DNA of 64,000 nt from Candidatus Latescibacterota bacterium. GTDB lineage: Bacteria; Latescibacterota; CBDEFO01. The notes under the pieces are model-generated. The model was not told the DNA's origin. It saw only the letters and a program-made list of their open reading frames with translations, and searched no databases. This document shows positions 20,081 through 31,715 of the stretch, piece after piece. The DNA lies in the NCBI GenBank assembly GCA_965237525.1, contig CBDEFO010000008.1, positions 544,001 through 608,000 on the forward strand. The letters run 5' to 3'. The position numbers and the translations under genes were made by a program. Each line of letters begins with the position of its first letter. The first letter of the stretch is position 1.

Positions 20081-20424
20081 TGGTGACAGATTGGTGACAT
20101 AAATCTATCTCGTATTGGGACCAAAGCCTGTCTAATCTCCCTCGGTAGTTGAAAATGAAGACGCATAGACATCTCTTCTACGTGAATAGCACATCCTTTC
20201 TTCCACCCTGTTCCCTTGAATTAATTCTATATAGTGGTTATATTTTCAGATACAAACAAGCCCTGTGCGATGTTCACGGGGCTTGTTCTTGTTAAGATAT
20301 CCATTTTCAGACAACACGCGTTTTTTCCTTGCTTTTCTGTTTAGTCTTTATTAGGTTCTATATATAGTGCACCATTGAACTGTAACACCAGATATAGGGT
20401 AACTTCAAAAACAGGAGCTAATCT

Positions 20425-21252
20425 ATGGCCTCGCCTAAACTGAAACCAAACAAAGTGAAGGAAACCGATCTCTTTGGCGTAATTTTCTTAAACGCGGGAA
20501 ACAGTAAGCCTGTTGAAGGATACTATACTTCTCTAGACGCAATACGTCCCCTTGTCGAAAGCGAAGCATGGCTAGAAACTGTCACAGGATTTTATATTAA
20601 CGCTTCGGAAGATCCCAATGATGAGAATGTTGTCAATGTTGCAAGGTTATCTTACTTTACTCGGTCTGCGGATCAGGCAATAAAAGTAGTAGAGGATTTT
20701 ATAGTTGCCAACAGGCTTGAGCATGCCAAAGACCCGGATATCCCTAAATTGGCAAAGGTTTCAGAGATATACGGTGGAGGGGAACTTCGCTTCAGAAAGT
20801 ATCTATCGACCTATACCCAAATTGGTTTAGATATAATGAAAAAGAAAGAAGATCAGGAGAACGCTCGTTATTTATTCACAACCTTTCGTTGGCAAGTTAT
20901 GAGAGGAAACAGGCCTTATAAGCCCCACTTTGAAAGAACCTTTGAAAGCGACAGCCCATTTTACAAGAAACTCTCGCCAGACCAAAAGGCTCACTTCTGG
21001 TCCGACCTATCCTTCTGGCCCAATCCTCCTCAAGTTGACTGGGCACATATGTTTGTGAACATGGTCCTCGCTCAAGACTTCCCCAATCCTCCTATCACAC
21101 CTCCGCTACCCTTCCCACCGTTGACTTCTCAAGAACTCAACAAACTTAGCCAACTCCATGATCACAGTGAACTATCTATCATTCAAATCGATGAGGAACT
21201 TATCAGGCAGCGTTTGAAGGTTCCTCAAATTCCTATACATTGGCGTCCCTGA
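20425..21252 (+). CDS. Hypothetical protein (AT-richer than neighbours)
   Basis: 275-aa ORF with AGGAG RBS; no confident family. Confidence 0.65.
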   Translation: MASPKLKPNKVKETDLFGVIFLNAGNSKPVEGYYTSLDAIRPLVESEAWLETVTGFYINASEDPNDENVVNVARLSYFTRSADQAIKVVEDFIVANRLEHAKDPDIPKLAKVSEIYGGGELRFRKYLSTYTQIGLDIMKKKEDQENARYLFTTFRWQVMRGNRPYKPHFERTFESDSPFYKKLSPDQKAHFWSDLSFWPNPPQVDWAHMFVNMVLAQDFPNPPITPPLPFPPLTSQELNKLSQLHDHSELSIIQIDEELIRQRLKVPQIPIHWRP

Positions 21253-21742
21253 CAACTATCAGTTTGAAGTATGCTCCTTTTTTCTTTGTAATGATTGTTG
21301 TTTCCAACGTCTTTACTGCCCACTTTGTATAAAGTAGGAAGTGTTCCCCTTGACAATGAGTATCAAAAGGATGTATATTGAAGTAACTTGGAAACGAACT
21401 TCCCATTTAAAAGAAAGTAGGAAATATGAACAGGCAGCAACTTATAGACTCAGAATACCACCTGTCGCGGGAGGACGTGTATTCTCCGTGTTTGATGGGT
21501 CGCCCAACTCTGCTGTCTAATAAAACGCCGACGTCCAGGTAGTCTACAACTATCATCTCGTGAACGACCTTGCTGGGACTGGAGCAGAGGCTGTGATTTC
21601 TCATACTGATGCGCATCCTCGTGTCATCCGCATCGAGCGTGATGACACGCTGCATATCATTGATGCCCAATTGCATAACGTCTGGGTCGCGAAGCCACTC
21701 ATCGAGTATGTTTCTGCTACCTGACTGAAAGGAGCACAAGAC

Positions 21743-22939
21743 ATGACGAGAATCTGGAAAAAGCCCTTTTTACACGGTGCGAAGCTTGGATGTCTTTTCG
21801 GCGCGCTTGCCGCGGTAATCGGTCTGTTGGGATGTGATGATGAGGGCACGGTCGTTCGGGTCCATGAGCCGCACGGCTTGGAGCGCAGCGGAGAGCTGGT
21901 CAGCGTGCCGGTGAAAGCGGAGGGACCGCTGATGGTTCAGGAGGAGGGCGGTGACCCGGTACCCTCACAGGTGGTGGGCGACGGAGAAGAGCGATCCATC
22001 TGGTTCCCGGTGGATATAGCGGCGGAGCAGAGCCGCGTCTATCGCATCGTGCCCGGCAAGGCCCAAGCACCAGACCGACCCCTGAAGATCGAGGGCGAGA
22101 CGTCCAAGCAAGAGGATGTCTCGATCACCAACGCCTTCTTCGAGGCCAGGCTCAAGGCCCCGAGCGGAAACTTCGACCGCATCACCCTGCACGGAAAGCC
22201 GGAGATTTTCAATCGGATCGGAACGGTTCATTGGAATCCGGGTGTGAAGGCTGACCGCGGGTGGTTGCATACATACCAGTGGGATCCACCCCCGGGTCTG
22301 AAGGAGTGGCGCGGGGAGCTCGTGTTCGAGACGCGGCGCAAGGGTGATATGCCGAAATACCCCGAGATCGACGTCGATCTGCGCTACTGGTTTTCAGCCA
22401 CCGAGCCGTATGTGATCATGCAGTCCAAGACGACGATGAAGCAACCTCTGACGCTCGAGGTTCTTCGCAACGGCGAACAGGTTTTCGACCCGGATCTGTT
22501 TAGCCATGTGGCGTGCAAGGATCGACAAGGAAAGATCCACGCGGCTGAGATTCCAGCCGCAGCGGAAATGGAGTTTCCATCCCTGCCGGACGACGACTGG
22601 TTGGCGTTTTATAACCCCAAAACTGGTCACGGTATGGCGACCATACGCCTGAAAGTGGAGAACAAGGGACCCGAGGGGACGGAAGCGACCCTGCGCGACT
22701 ATAGAATGCAAATCACTCGATACGACAATTACGTCTACTGGGCAAGGGTCTTGGTCTGGCCTGGGGATGATTCGGAAACGCTCGTCCCGGCTGGCAACGT
22801 GTACTTCGAAAGGGAGGCCTGGCTACCGTTCCTGCTTACCGAGGACTCCCAGGGACGTCCGGAGAAGATGCTGGCCCCGGTTGAAGATACGGCACAACGG
22901 CTTTTCCATCCGCTGGAGGTCGAGATCATCGATCAGTGA
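21743..22939 (+). CDS. Hypothetical lipoprotein, probably carbohydrate-related
   Basis: Lipobox LLGC; RSGELVSV and PVPSQV N-terminal pattern; AAGGAG RBS. Confidence 0.65.
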   Translation: MTRIWKKPFLHGAKLGCLFGALAAVIGLLGCDDEGTVVRVHEPHGLERSGELVSVPVKAEGPLMVQEEGGDPVPSQVVGDGEERSIWFPVDIAAEQSRVYRIVPGKAQAPDRPLKIEGETSKQEDVSITNAFFEARLKAPSGNFDRITLHGKPEIFNRIGTVHWNPGVKADRGWLHTYQWDPPPGLKEWRGELVFETRRKGDMPKYPEIDVDLRYWFSATEPYVIMQSKTTMKQPLTLEVLRNGEQVFDPDLFSHVACKDRQGKIHAAEIPAAAEMEFPSLPDDDWLAFYNPKTGHGMATIRLKVENKGPEGTEATLRDYRMQITRYDNYVYWARVLVWPGDDSETLVPAGNVYFEREAWLPFLLTEDSQGRPEKMLAPVEDTAQRLFHPLEVEIIDQ

Positions 22940-23676
22940 ATCTCCCGGAGGTGATCGATCGTTATCTAGTCACCTGGCAGCACTTCGCGCCCGGCGCTTT
23001 GAATTTCGATCCGCACGTGGCCGTCGTTCGCTTGTACCATCAGGTTGCATGCTTAGACTTGATCTTCGGAGCATCTGTTCTCCACAGGGAACCCCTCGGC
23101 AGCGCGTTCGAGTCACCAGGCACCTGCTGGCTTGGTGGGTCGGTCGTAGGGATACCGAGCCAGGTCAGAGCTGGTTTCAGGCTGGCTGGCCGGCCAGAGA
23201 CACTAGTAGTCTCCCACAACCTCTCCAAATAGCGAGTTTTCTGTTTGTATTGTCAGTGAAACGGAGAAGGCTCTCATCACGGAACGTCTCTTCCTCGAGG
23301 TTCTCTACTATCTGCCCAGAATTGCCTTATTATTTCGAGTGGCTATGCTGTCCGTTCGGAAAGGCGCTTATACATGGGAATACAGTTTGAGGCTTTGCTG
23401 GCAGGAGGTATTGGTAAGATCATAGCAGATGCGACAGCCGTAGTAACAATCTCGTGTCGGAAGATAGAGCTTGCCCACTCTCCGATTGCACATGTGCAAC
23501 CTAATCTACCTGCTTTGGCCATCAAATTGCTTAGTACCCTCCCTTTGAGTGCCCCGCTCTGTCTGCTAACACAAAAGGTCCAGCTCCTGTGTGAATCGAT
23601 TAGATGACGCAGATCGCCCTAAAAATCATCATAGCAGGGACAGTCCGTTTCTTGCCATCCTTGAACCTTATACTTA

Positions 23677-24546
23677 CTATTCCACGACATATCCGCCCTC
23701 TTTCACCACGTTTACTTCGTCAGCGAAAACGGCAAATGGGAACCCTTTACACATAGCAGCAGCTCCGTATTCACCCTGCTTGTTCAGAGCCACCAAGGCG
23801 ATCCACATATTCTTGTTATTTTCCGGATCTTCCTCAAGTATCCTCCTTAATAAAGCTTTGCACGCCTGTTCGGGATGCATCCCATTTCGCATATTCTCCA
23901 CTACCATAAAGCTTGAGCAGTACCTCATAATGTCCTCACCGAGCCCTGTGGCGGATGCTCCGCCCACGTCGTTATCCATATAGAGACCCGATCCTATTAA
24001 GGGGGAGTCTCCCACCCTGCCCGGCTCCTTGTATCCAGCGCCGCTTGTCGAGCAGCCCACAGCAAGGTCTCCGTTTTGATCCCGCGCTACCATCCCGATC
24101 GTATCGTGACCTTGGCTCTTTACTTCCTGCTCCTTTTTCCACTCCTGCCACTTACGTCTGGTCTCCTCTGTCGTCAGATTCCACTTTTCGAATCCCTTTG
24201 AAAGAGCAAATTTCAGAGCTCCCTCTCCGACTAACATTACGTGGCGCGATTCCTCCATCACTCTCCTGGCCACGGAGATGGGGTGCAGGATATTCTCCAT
24301 ACAAGCGACACTGCCCGCCTTCTTACCCGGACCCCACATGATCGCTGCGTCTACCTGCACGACGCCTTCTTCGTTGGGAGTCCCTTCAAATCCCACGGTG
24401 GAATTTGAAGGGTCGGCCTCTGCCACCCATATCCCTTCCTCTACGGCGTCCAGTGCGCTCCTTCCCTGCAGGAGTACCTTCATCGCGTCTTCATTTGCCG
24501 CTTTACCGAAGTCCCATGTAGAGATCACAACAGGTGAATATAACAT
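23677..24546 (-). CDS. N4-(beta-N-acetylglucosaminyl)-L-asparaginase / isoaspartyl peptidase family (Ntn hydrolase)
   Basis: ISTW, ALDAVEEG, HDTIG autoproteolysis site, STSG, GRVGDSP. Confidence 0.9.
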   Translation of the reverse strand: MLYSPVVISTWDFGKAANEDAMKVLLQGRSALDAVEEGIWVAEADPSNSTVGFEGTPNEEGVVQVDAAIMWGPGKKAGSVACMENILHPISVARRVMEESRHVMLVGEGALKFALSKGFEKWNLTTEETRRKWQEWKKEQEVKSQGHDTIGMVARDQNGDLAVGCSTSGAGYKEPGRVGDSPLIGSGLYMDNDVGGASATGLGEDIMRYCSSFMVVENMRNGMHPEQACKALLRRILEEDPENNKNMWIALVALNKQGEYGAAAMCKGFPFAVFADEVNVVKEGGYVVE

Positions 24547-24887
24547 AGGGTATCTTCTCCTCTGTCTGTTCTACTGTCTACTCTATGTAGGTACGAACCC
24601 AAGCCGCGGTGGAAGGGGAAATATGGCAACAAGCCACGAAGTCTTTCACCTAGTTTACCCTTATGTTAGGGCAGAGACGCGGGTCTTATATTCTGGTGTA
24701 CAGATACAAAGGCAGCTTGTGGATAGTTTGGTGAGAAGATAGACAATAAAATTGCGGATGTCAATAGAGGATTGCGGAGAACAGGGTCATTCAGTTGTTA
24801 ATCCGAGGCTGAGCGAGTCCTGCTTGGTCTTGATACGTTGCTTCGCTCCTGCTAGGGCAGCGCTGCTGAGAAAACTGAATATGCCTG

Positions 24888-25185
24888 AGTAATTTTGTCC
24901 TTGCCTTTTCTACAACCTTCTATTAAATTGCTCTTGGAACAAGCAAAAACACCGTGAAACACTAAGAAACATTGTGCAAGGTAAATGGCTGTTAGCGTAA
25001 ATAAAACTGAAGGTTATAAATAATCATAAAGAAAGAAGAAAGGAGTAGCTAAATCTCCAGGACCAAAGGTCGCGTGTTCGAATCTCGCAAAGACCTCCAG
25101 ATATAAAGAACGGTAGTACAAAGATTTACAGGGATTATTAAGGTTTTAAATGTTTCTGAATTTTTGCGGTTTGGGATACTTTTCT
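24888..25185 (+). repeat. Copy B of the dispersed repeat, with tRNA-like 3' half
   Basis: Contains GGACCAAAGGTCGCGTGTTCGAATCTCGC (T-arm-like) at ~25060-25087. Confidence 0.65.
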
Positions 25186-25314
25186 ACCAGACACCTTAAT
25201 GCCTCACGTTCTCTTCTACCTTTTGTTGCAGTAGTACACATCATTTGCGAGCTCTTTGACATGGCTTGGTGCAAGGTGAGCATACTTTAGGCTGATAGAG
25301 TAAGTACGCAGGCC

Positions 25315-25707
25315 GTGGTCGTTCCTGCACCTGTGGAGAGGGTGGACGATGAGAAGAAGATGCTATCTACAGGCTTGCCCAGGCACCGCGATGATGAAGT
25401 GGAAAACATTGCCGTGGATGTGGCCACTCGTTCCGAGCGAAGTCGGGGATGCCCGCCTACCGATGTTAGCCTTGATGCGGAACACTACCATATCAGTTCG
25501 GAATCGGAGAGAAGGGAGAAACTAAAGCAACTCGGAGACCACGCGTGGCTCTATGTGGTTACGTTCTGCAAAGGTGAACAGCCTCGGTTTCGCATAATCC
25601 AAGACCCCGTGTCGAAATTGAATCGGGAGATGATATGCCAACAGATTCAGTTTCTCGTTACAGAGGCTGACTGGCAGCATCGAGGTATTGAGGTACAAAA
25701 TGGCTAA
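25315..25707 (+). pseudogene. Remnant of a DUF3883-like C-terminus (typical of SNF2 helicase-associated genes)
   Basis: DEVENIAV...LGDHAWLYVVT...IIQDP; upstream gene and central motif missing. Confidence 0.5.
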
Positions 25708-27084
25708 GAATATGCACGAAGTTAGGGACCCAATCCACATCTTCATACGGCTGGATTCTTACGAGCGAAAGGTCCTTGACTCGCTCCTTTCCAAAGGCTT
25801 CGGAATATCCATCAGCTCGGGCTGTCGCACTTCCTCTACCCCGGCGCAACACATAAAAGGTTCGAGCATTCTTTAGGCGTCATGGAACTGGCTGGTCGAG
25901 TTTTCGATATTATTACTCGGCGAGACAAGTTAACAGACGAGATCCGGAAACTCTTGCCAGATCTCGATAACGAAACCCGGCTCAGCTACTGGAGGAGCGC
26001 ATTACGAATGGCTGCTCTATGTCATGATCTTGGCCATCTACCTTTCTCTCATAGTGGTGAGGGACTGCTCCCTGTCGACTGGAATCACGAGCGCCTGACA
26101 GTCGAAATCATCCAGAGCGATGAAATGAAGCAGATTTGGAAGGAAATGAATCTTGACCCTGAGGATGTAGCGAAGCTGGCAGTCGGACCGGAAGACGCTG
26201 CTTCCTTGGGCCTTAATGACTTTTCGACGTGGGAGGCCATTCTGTCTGAGATTATTGTCGGAGATGCGTTTGGCGTCGACCGAATGGATTACCTTCTTCG
26301 TGACTCATATCATGCTGGAGTAATGTACGGCAGGTTTGACCACTATCGTCTTATTGACACATTACGAATCTTGCTACCCCCGCCTTCGAAGAAGCCAGTC
26401 AAGGTTTCAGGAACGGGAGTAGAAGGTGAGGATGAATCAAATAGATCTGATGAGAGCAAAGAGCCAATGCTAGGGGTGGAGGAAGGAGGACTTCACTCCG
26501 CAGAGTCGTTGCTGCTCGCCAGGTACTTTATTTTCTCACAAGTGTACTGTCATCCTGTAAGACTCATATACGATATCCATTTAAGAGATTTCCTCGAAGA
26601 GTGGCTACCGAGCGGGCAGTTTTCAACAGAAATCAAGAAACACCTTTCAATGACAGATGTTGAAGTCATGGCAGCTCTTCGAAATGCGTTCGATAAAGCA
26701 GGTGCGAGTGGTCATGAACATGCTGTACGGATATTAAAGAGACAACACTTCAAGGTGCTCTATAGCCGAAATCCTGAAGATATTGAGAAGAACCTAGACT
26801 CGGTCTCGGCTATCTACGAAGCCACTTGCGGGAAGTTCGGCGAAGATAATGTCCGATATGACAAATACACCCAGAAAGGAAGTGCCCCAGGTTTTCCGGT
26901 ATTGAAACAGGATAATCGCGTCGTCTCATCACTGGTAGAATCACAAACGCTGATGAACTTGCCTATTGTTGCTACAGGATATGTTTTCATTAGTCGTGAA
27001 TGCCAAGAAGAAGCAGAAGCCTGGCTTAGGGAAAACCGCGAGAACATTATTGCCGCGGAACAGACAGAGGAGGAGGAAACGTGA
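25700..27084 (+). pseudogene. HD-domain phosphohydrolase (YwfO/SAMHD1/dNTPase-like) with a 1-nt frameshift near 25785
   Basis: VRDPIH in one frame; FQRLRNIHQLG...YPGATHKRFEHSLG, LCHDLGH and DRMDYLLRD in the next. Confidence 0.85.
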
Positions 27085-27626
27085 AAGAAAGGGAAAGAGA
27101 AGCCGTTATCCTTGCTCTGGCGGATGAGCTAAGAAAAGGAGGTAGCTGGTGTGGAGAGACCCATCTACAGAAAGCTACCTACTTCCTGGAGGAGCTTGCC
27201 AATATTCCGCTGGACTTGGATTTCATCCTTTACAAACACGGGCCGTTTTCCTTCGACCTGCGTGATGAGATTACGGCAATGCGCGCGGACGAGCTTATGG
27301 AAATAAGCTTGCAGCCTAACCCGTATGGCCCAAGTCTCCTAACAACAGAGAACGGACACAGGTTACAGGAACGTTGGTCTGATACTCTTAGCCGGTACGC
27401 CGACACTATCACTTTCGTTGCGGAACATATCGGCGATCTGGCGGTTGCTGAGCTCGAACGACTTGCCACAGCGCTTTACGTCAGAAAGACGAATCCTCAA
27501 GAAAGCGTCCAGCTCAGCGCTCGACGACTTAACGAACTGAAGCCTCACGTATCCATGCAGGAAGCACAAGCTGCCGTTAAAGAGGTGGATAGAATGATCA
27601 AGGAATATGAGAAAGTTGATTGGTAA
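27081..27626 (+). CDS. YwgA/SocA-like winged-helix protein coupled to the HD gene
   Basis: GETHLQKATYF, YKHGPFSFDL, LERLAT; GTGA start/stop overlap. Confidence 0.65.
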   Translation: MKEREREAVILALADELRKGGSWCGETHLQKATYFLEELANIPLDLDFILYKHGPFSFDLRDEITAMRADELMEISLQPNPYGPSLLTTENGHRLQERWSDTLSRYADTITFVAEHIGDLAVAELERLATALYVRKTNPQESVQLSARRLNELKPHVSMQEAQAAVKEVDRMIKEYEKVDW

Positions 27627-27911
27627 TGTTAATTGCTGCCTCCGCCTGATTGACGTGGCATCCATTTCGGCAGATGTAGGCTGAGCAGGTTGCTCTTGAT
27701 TTCTCATAATTTCCAGCGTAATCGGCAGCCAAGCGTTGGCATTGCCCACCTGGAGAATCACAGACGGATCGTGCGAGGCTCTTACCCTATGGAGGTCGAA
27801 TCCCACAAGCATAGACTGATTGACCGGCCACATATCCTTTGATAGGCCTGGCATGTTCGGAATCCACGATTTTTCTCCATCTCCGTAATCTGCAATCCAA
27901 ATACGTGCGCA

Positions 27912-29885
27912 TTACCATGCTATCGATTCATTTGAAACGAACCGCTGAACCTTATTCCATCGGGTTGTGTCAGTTCGGTAATAATCCCGCTGGTAGAGTG
28001 GGCAAAACCGGCCGCGAGGGTAGATGTCCACCACCTCGTTGCCACGTGTGATTAAGTGGTAGTGCTGGCACTCTATATCAGTTTCCCTTCTACGTTCTGA
28101 GATCGGGAACGACATCGTAACCTCGTCCTTCCCGGCAACCGGCCCCACAAGGGCATATCTCTTGTCCCAGTTGAGCTGGCGTTTCTTGCCGTTGATCTTG
28201 CACGATACCTGCTGGGGAGTTACCCATTCAGGGATTCGGACGCGCAACTCTTTGCATGCCCGCTTGACGACGATGTCCACCTGACCGGTATACGGAATGT
28301 GGCTATGCACGTCGGCCCACCTGGACGGACGATTCAAGAGCAGGTTCACGGTGAGTGTGCCTCGATCATAGGTGAGCATGTGCTCCCAGATGTAGTAGAG
28401 GGCGCGGGTGGCGTTGCCGGTGCAGCAGTGCATGATGCCCGAGCCGTGTCCGATAAACCAGTCGTTAGCGGTCGGCCAACCCGCAAAGGCTCCAACGTTG
28501 CGCTCGGGCACACGATCACAGGTATCGGATAAGATCGACATGGGTGCGGGAGCCTTAGGGTCCTCGCGACTGGTATCGATGTCACTAATTCCTTCGCCCA
28601 TGGCCGAGGGTGGAATCCGGGTCTTGCTGGTCACCATTCCCCCTTCGGCACTGTGGTAAACCCATTCCGGTCGAAGTAGCTGCCCTTCGGCGAACATATT
28701 GCGGATCCAGCGGTCGGCGTCGTCCCAGTAATCGCCCAGGCCGGCGGCGCTGAGTTTCAGCGCCAAGCCGATCATCCCCGCCACCTCGCAAAGTTCGGAG
28801 GTCTCAAGCTCCGCGTAGTTGTCTATGTTCTCGGGGAAATAGCCCAACAGAGCATTGCCTTTGGTCCTGGCCCATTCGAATGAGTGTCGCACAAAATCCG
28901 CCAGATTAGCGTCGCCAACTGCCAGTGCATGATCCAGCGTGCCCAGCAGCGGCACCATGTGATGCTGGAAATGAATCAGGTTGTTAACCGGCGGCGGGCC
29001 CGGGTTGAAGCCTTGGCCGTCGCGGGCCCATCCTTCGTCCATCTCTCCTTGCCCGCCGTAATTGGGTAGGAATTCGCCGTCAGGCCCATAGTACCGGCCG
29101 TGATGGACGAGGTAACGGGTCAGCCTGCCGGCCAGGTCTACCGCTGGTTCGAAACCGCTTACGCGGTGATATTGTGCCAAGCCGTGTATGGTCCAGCCGA
29201 CCAGACTGGCCCATACACCCAAAGGCAGCGCGGCCTCGCGCACCCGCCGCGTACCGGGAGAAAACCCGCCCTGAGGGAAGAAGGCATAGTCATCTTTCTG
29301 GATTGCGATACTCCGCAGGCCATGGACAACCTTCTGAATCTCTTTGTCCCACGGGCCAGGGGAATCGCGCAGCATGTAAATTGTCATAGCACCAATCATC
29401 CTGCCGCAAAACATCGCCACCGAATAGTGTTTGGCTCCCTTGGGACATGGCTCACACCAGTCGGGGTATCTACTCCATGGAAAAGTTGGCCAATAGACCA
29501 GACCATCTGGGCCGATCGTCCCCAGCGCTGTCTTCATCCATGCCGGATCAACGCGGTCGTTGAGGGCGGCTCCGCTGGCCAACCGCATCAGCGGCAACGA
29601 TTCCATAAACTTGATTTGACAGATATCCGAAGGCCCATGCGACATGCTCGGCGGATTCGAGCGGAAGTTGACGCGGAAGTAAAGCAGGTAGTCCTTATCG
29701 GGGTCCGTTGGACCGGTCAGGCCGTTGACCGCCAGGGCGATGCGCTGCTGGATGTCGAGCGTGTCGGGTGCCATTACCTCGTAAGAACGCCCGCCGTAGG
29801 ACGGGACGTCAAACGACGGTATTGTCTGACGAATGTGCTCAACCAGGCCACGCCGCGATGCGGGTTTCGAGTTGTTGCTGTTCAT
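27912..29885 (-). CDS. GH127/GH146-like glycoside hydrolase
   Basis: ELC and HCCTGN motifs; homologous to 12456-14330; GGAGG RBS. Confidence 0.65.
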   Translation of the reverse strand: MNSNNSKPASRRGLVEHIRQTIPSFDVPSYGGRSYEVMAPDTLDIQQRIALAVNGLTGPTDPDKDYLLYFRVNFRSNPPSMSHGPSDICQIKFMESLPLMRLASGAALNDRVDPAWMKTALGTIGPDGLVYWPTFPWSRYPDWCEPCPKGAKHYSVAMFCGRMIGAMTIYMLRDSPGPWDKEIQKVVHGLRSIAIQKDDYAFFPQGGFSPGTRRVREAALPLGVWASLVGWTIHGLAQYHRVSGFEPAVDLAGRLTRYLVHHGRYYGPDGEFLPNYGGQGEMDEGWARDGQGFNPGPPPVNNLIHFQHHMVPLLGTLDHALAVGDANLADFVRHSFEWARTKGNALLGYFPENIDNYAELETSELCEVAGMIGLALKLSAAGLGDYWDDADRWIRNMFAEGQLLRPEWVYHSAEGGMVTSKTRIPPSAMGEGISDIDTSREDPKAPAPMSILSDTCDRVPERNVGAFAGWPTANDWFIGHGSGIMHCCTGNATRALYYIWEHMLTYDRGTLTVNLLLNRPSRWADVHSHIPYTGQVDIVVKRACKELRVRIPEWVTPQQVSCKINGKKRQLNWDKRYALVGPVAGKDEVTMSFPISERRRETDIECQHYHLITRGNEVVDIYPRGRFCPLYQRDYYRTDTTRWNKVQRFVSNESIAW

Positions 29886-30721
29886 GACATACCTCCATAG
29901 AAGACCTTATCTCTCTGCCTCTCCACCATTTCACAATTCTGGGAATATCCCCAGGACAAGAGTCAGTTTGTCCCAGCAAAACTTGTATACAGCCAATCAG
30001 ACGCAAAGCGACTAATCGTGTCAGACAGTATATGAACCGTTCTGTCTCATTTCAGGGACTTCCTTGCTTCAGACGAACTATGTGCAGCTAATACGGAGCA
30101 TGTATAGCATATGTTCGAAAAGAAGGATACAAGGTCATATGTTCATCAGGAGGGAAGATACAACAGCCAATAGTGGATGTCAACGAAAACTTCTCAGTTC
30201 AAGACATTTTCACACTATTCAGCTTGTCTAAGATAAGCACCCTTGTAATAATCAAAAGGAATAGATCGTGATGATGTCTGGCGGGCTGTGTATTCAATCC
30301 TCCGTGAGCTTCTGGGCAGAAGGATAACAAGCTTTTCTCATTGAGACCAGCAGCGCACCTTCGCCACGCAGCTCTTGGATCAAGGTATGCCGATATGGTC
30401 ACTACAGTCTGTAGGACCTATTTTTTTGAAGATCCAAAATGGATCTGGGATCTTAGTGGCCCAGTAAGGACATGGATCGTCTGATCGCCCGTGGCTTCGG
30501 TGCTCCCTTAGAAGAGACGACGTACTGGGACAACCCTGACACGCCGGAGTGCCAGGAGATACGTGCCAGAAGGCGAGAAGGATCAAGGAAGAGTCAAGAT
30601 TTTTGTTGACCGCAAGGAGAAAATATGTTAGAATTCGGATTACCTGAATTGAAAAGGAAAACTTCCGCTGCTGCAGATTTAGTTTTTCCAAAACTGTATG
30701 CCTTTAGAGAGGAAAAATACA

Positions 30722-31510
30722 ATGAAAGCTAAGGAGATTATGGAGCATTTTCAGGAGATCGGAACCTGGGTGGATTGGGAGAACACGGATGACCAGTTCC
30801 TGCACGGCGATCCGGACGCGGAAGTAGAAGGGGTTGCAACGGTCTGGAGCCCAACTAATGCTGCGCTGAAGGAGGCCTCTGATAAGGGACTCAACGTGTT
30901 TATCACCCATGAACCGGCGTTCTACCTCGGTTACCAGGGAACCCCCTCAGCGGATCGACTGGTAAGGGAAAAGAGGCAGTTGCTGGATGAACTAAACATT
31001 ACTATGATGCGTTGTCACGACCTGTGGGACCTTATGCCGGAAGTGGGGGTCCCCGATACGTGGGCAGCTCTTTTCGGTTTCGAGATGGAGCCGCGTCCAT
31101 CGGACTCCTACTACAAGATCTGCTTGTTGGGGAATATGACCGTGGAGGAGGCAGCCAAGCATGTTCTCCAGAAAGTGAGGAGCCTTGGACAAGATACGGT
31201 GCTCATATTCGGTGACAGGCAGAAACGAGTCAGTCGCATGGCTGTCGGCACAGGGGCCATTACCTATCTGCCGAGCATGTATGAGCTTAACGCCGACCTT
31301 CTTCTGGCAACCGATGATGGCATGAGATTCTGGGGTGGATGGCAAAGCGGAGGCCTTTGGGCTGCGGATTTGGGGATACCTGTTCTCATAGTCAATCATG
31401 CCACTGCAGAGAAGCGGGGAATGCAGGAGATGGCACCATACCTTAGAAGAATATTCCCGGGATTACGCGTTGAGTATGTGGATGTTGAGTTCCCTTACAG
31501 TAGTTTATGA
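30722..31510 (+). CDS. NIF3-like dinuclear metal-centre protein
   Basis: FITHEP, RCHD, NHATAE. Confidence 0.8.
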   Translation: MKAKEIMEHFQEIGTWVDWENTDDQFLHGDPDAEVEGVATVWSPTNAALKEASDKGLNVFITHEPAFYLGYQGTPSADRLVREKRQLLDELNITMMRCHDLWDLMPEVGVPDTWAALFGFEMEPRPSDSYYKICLLGNMTVEEAAKHVLQKVRSLGQDTVLIFGDRQKRVSRMAVGTGAITYLPSMYELNADLLLATDDGMRFWGGWQSGGLWAADLGIPVLIVNHATAEKRGMQEMAPYLRRIFPGLRVEYVDVEFPYSSL

Positions 31511-31715
31511 ATGAAACTCTCGAGAAGAACGAGTCTCCAACTCCGCCTTTAATGAGCAGAGATCAGCTCCGCTGACTTAGGTAACTCAAAACGTTCTGGG
31601 CCAGTTCATCAGTAATTTGAGTATTACCTTTCTGGAGACCGACTTTCACGCAGAGAGATCTATCTTGGGATATCAACACTGCAATGGAAAGATCGGAGAA
31701 TTCATTACGGCTTAG

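Noticed and set aside
25052..25100. Second tRNA gene
   Set aside because: Only a degenerate T-arm-like half; no D-arm or acceptor pairing
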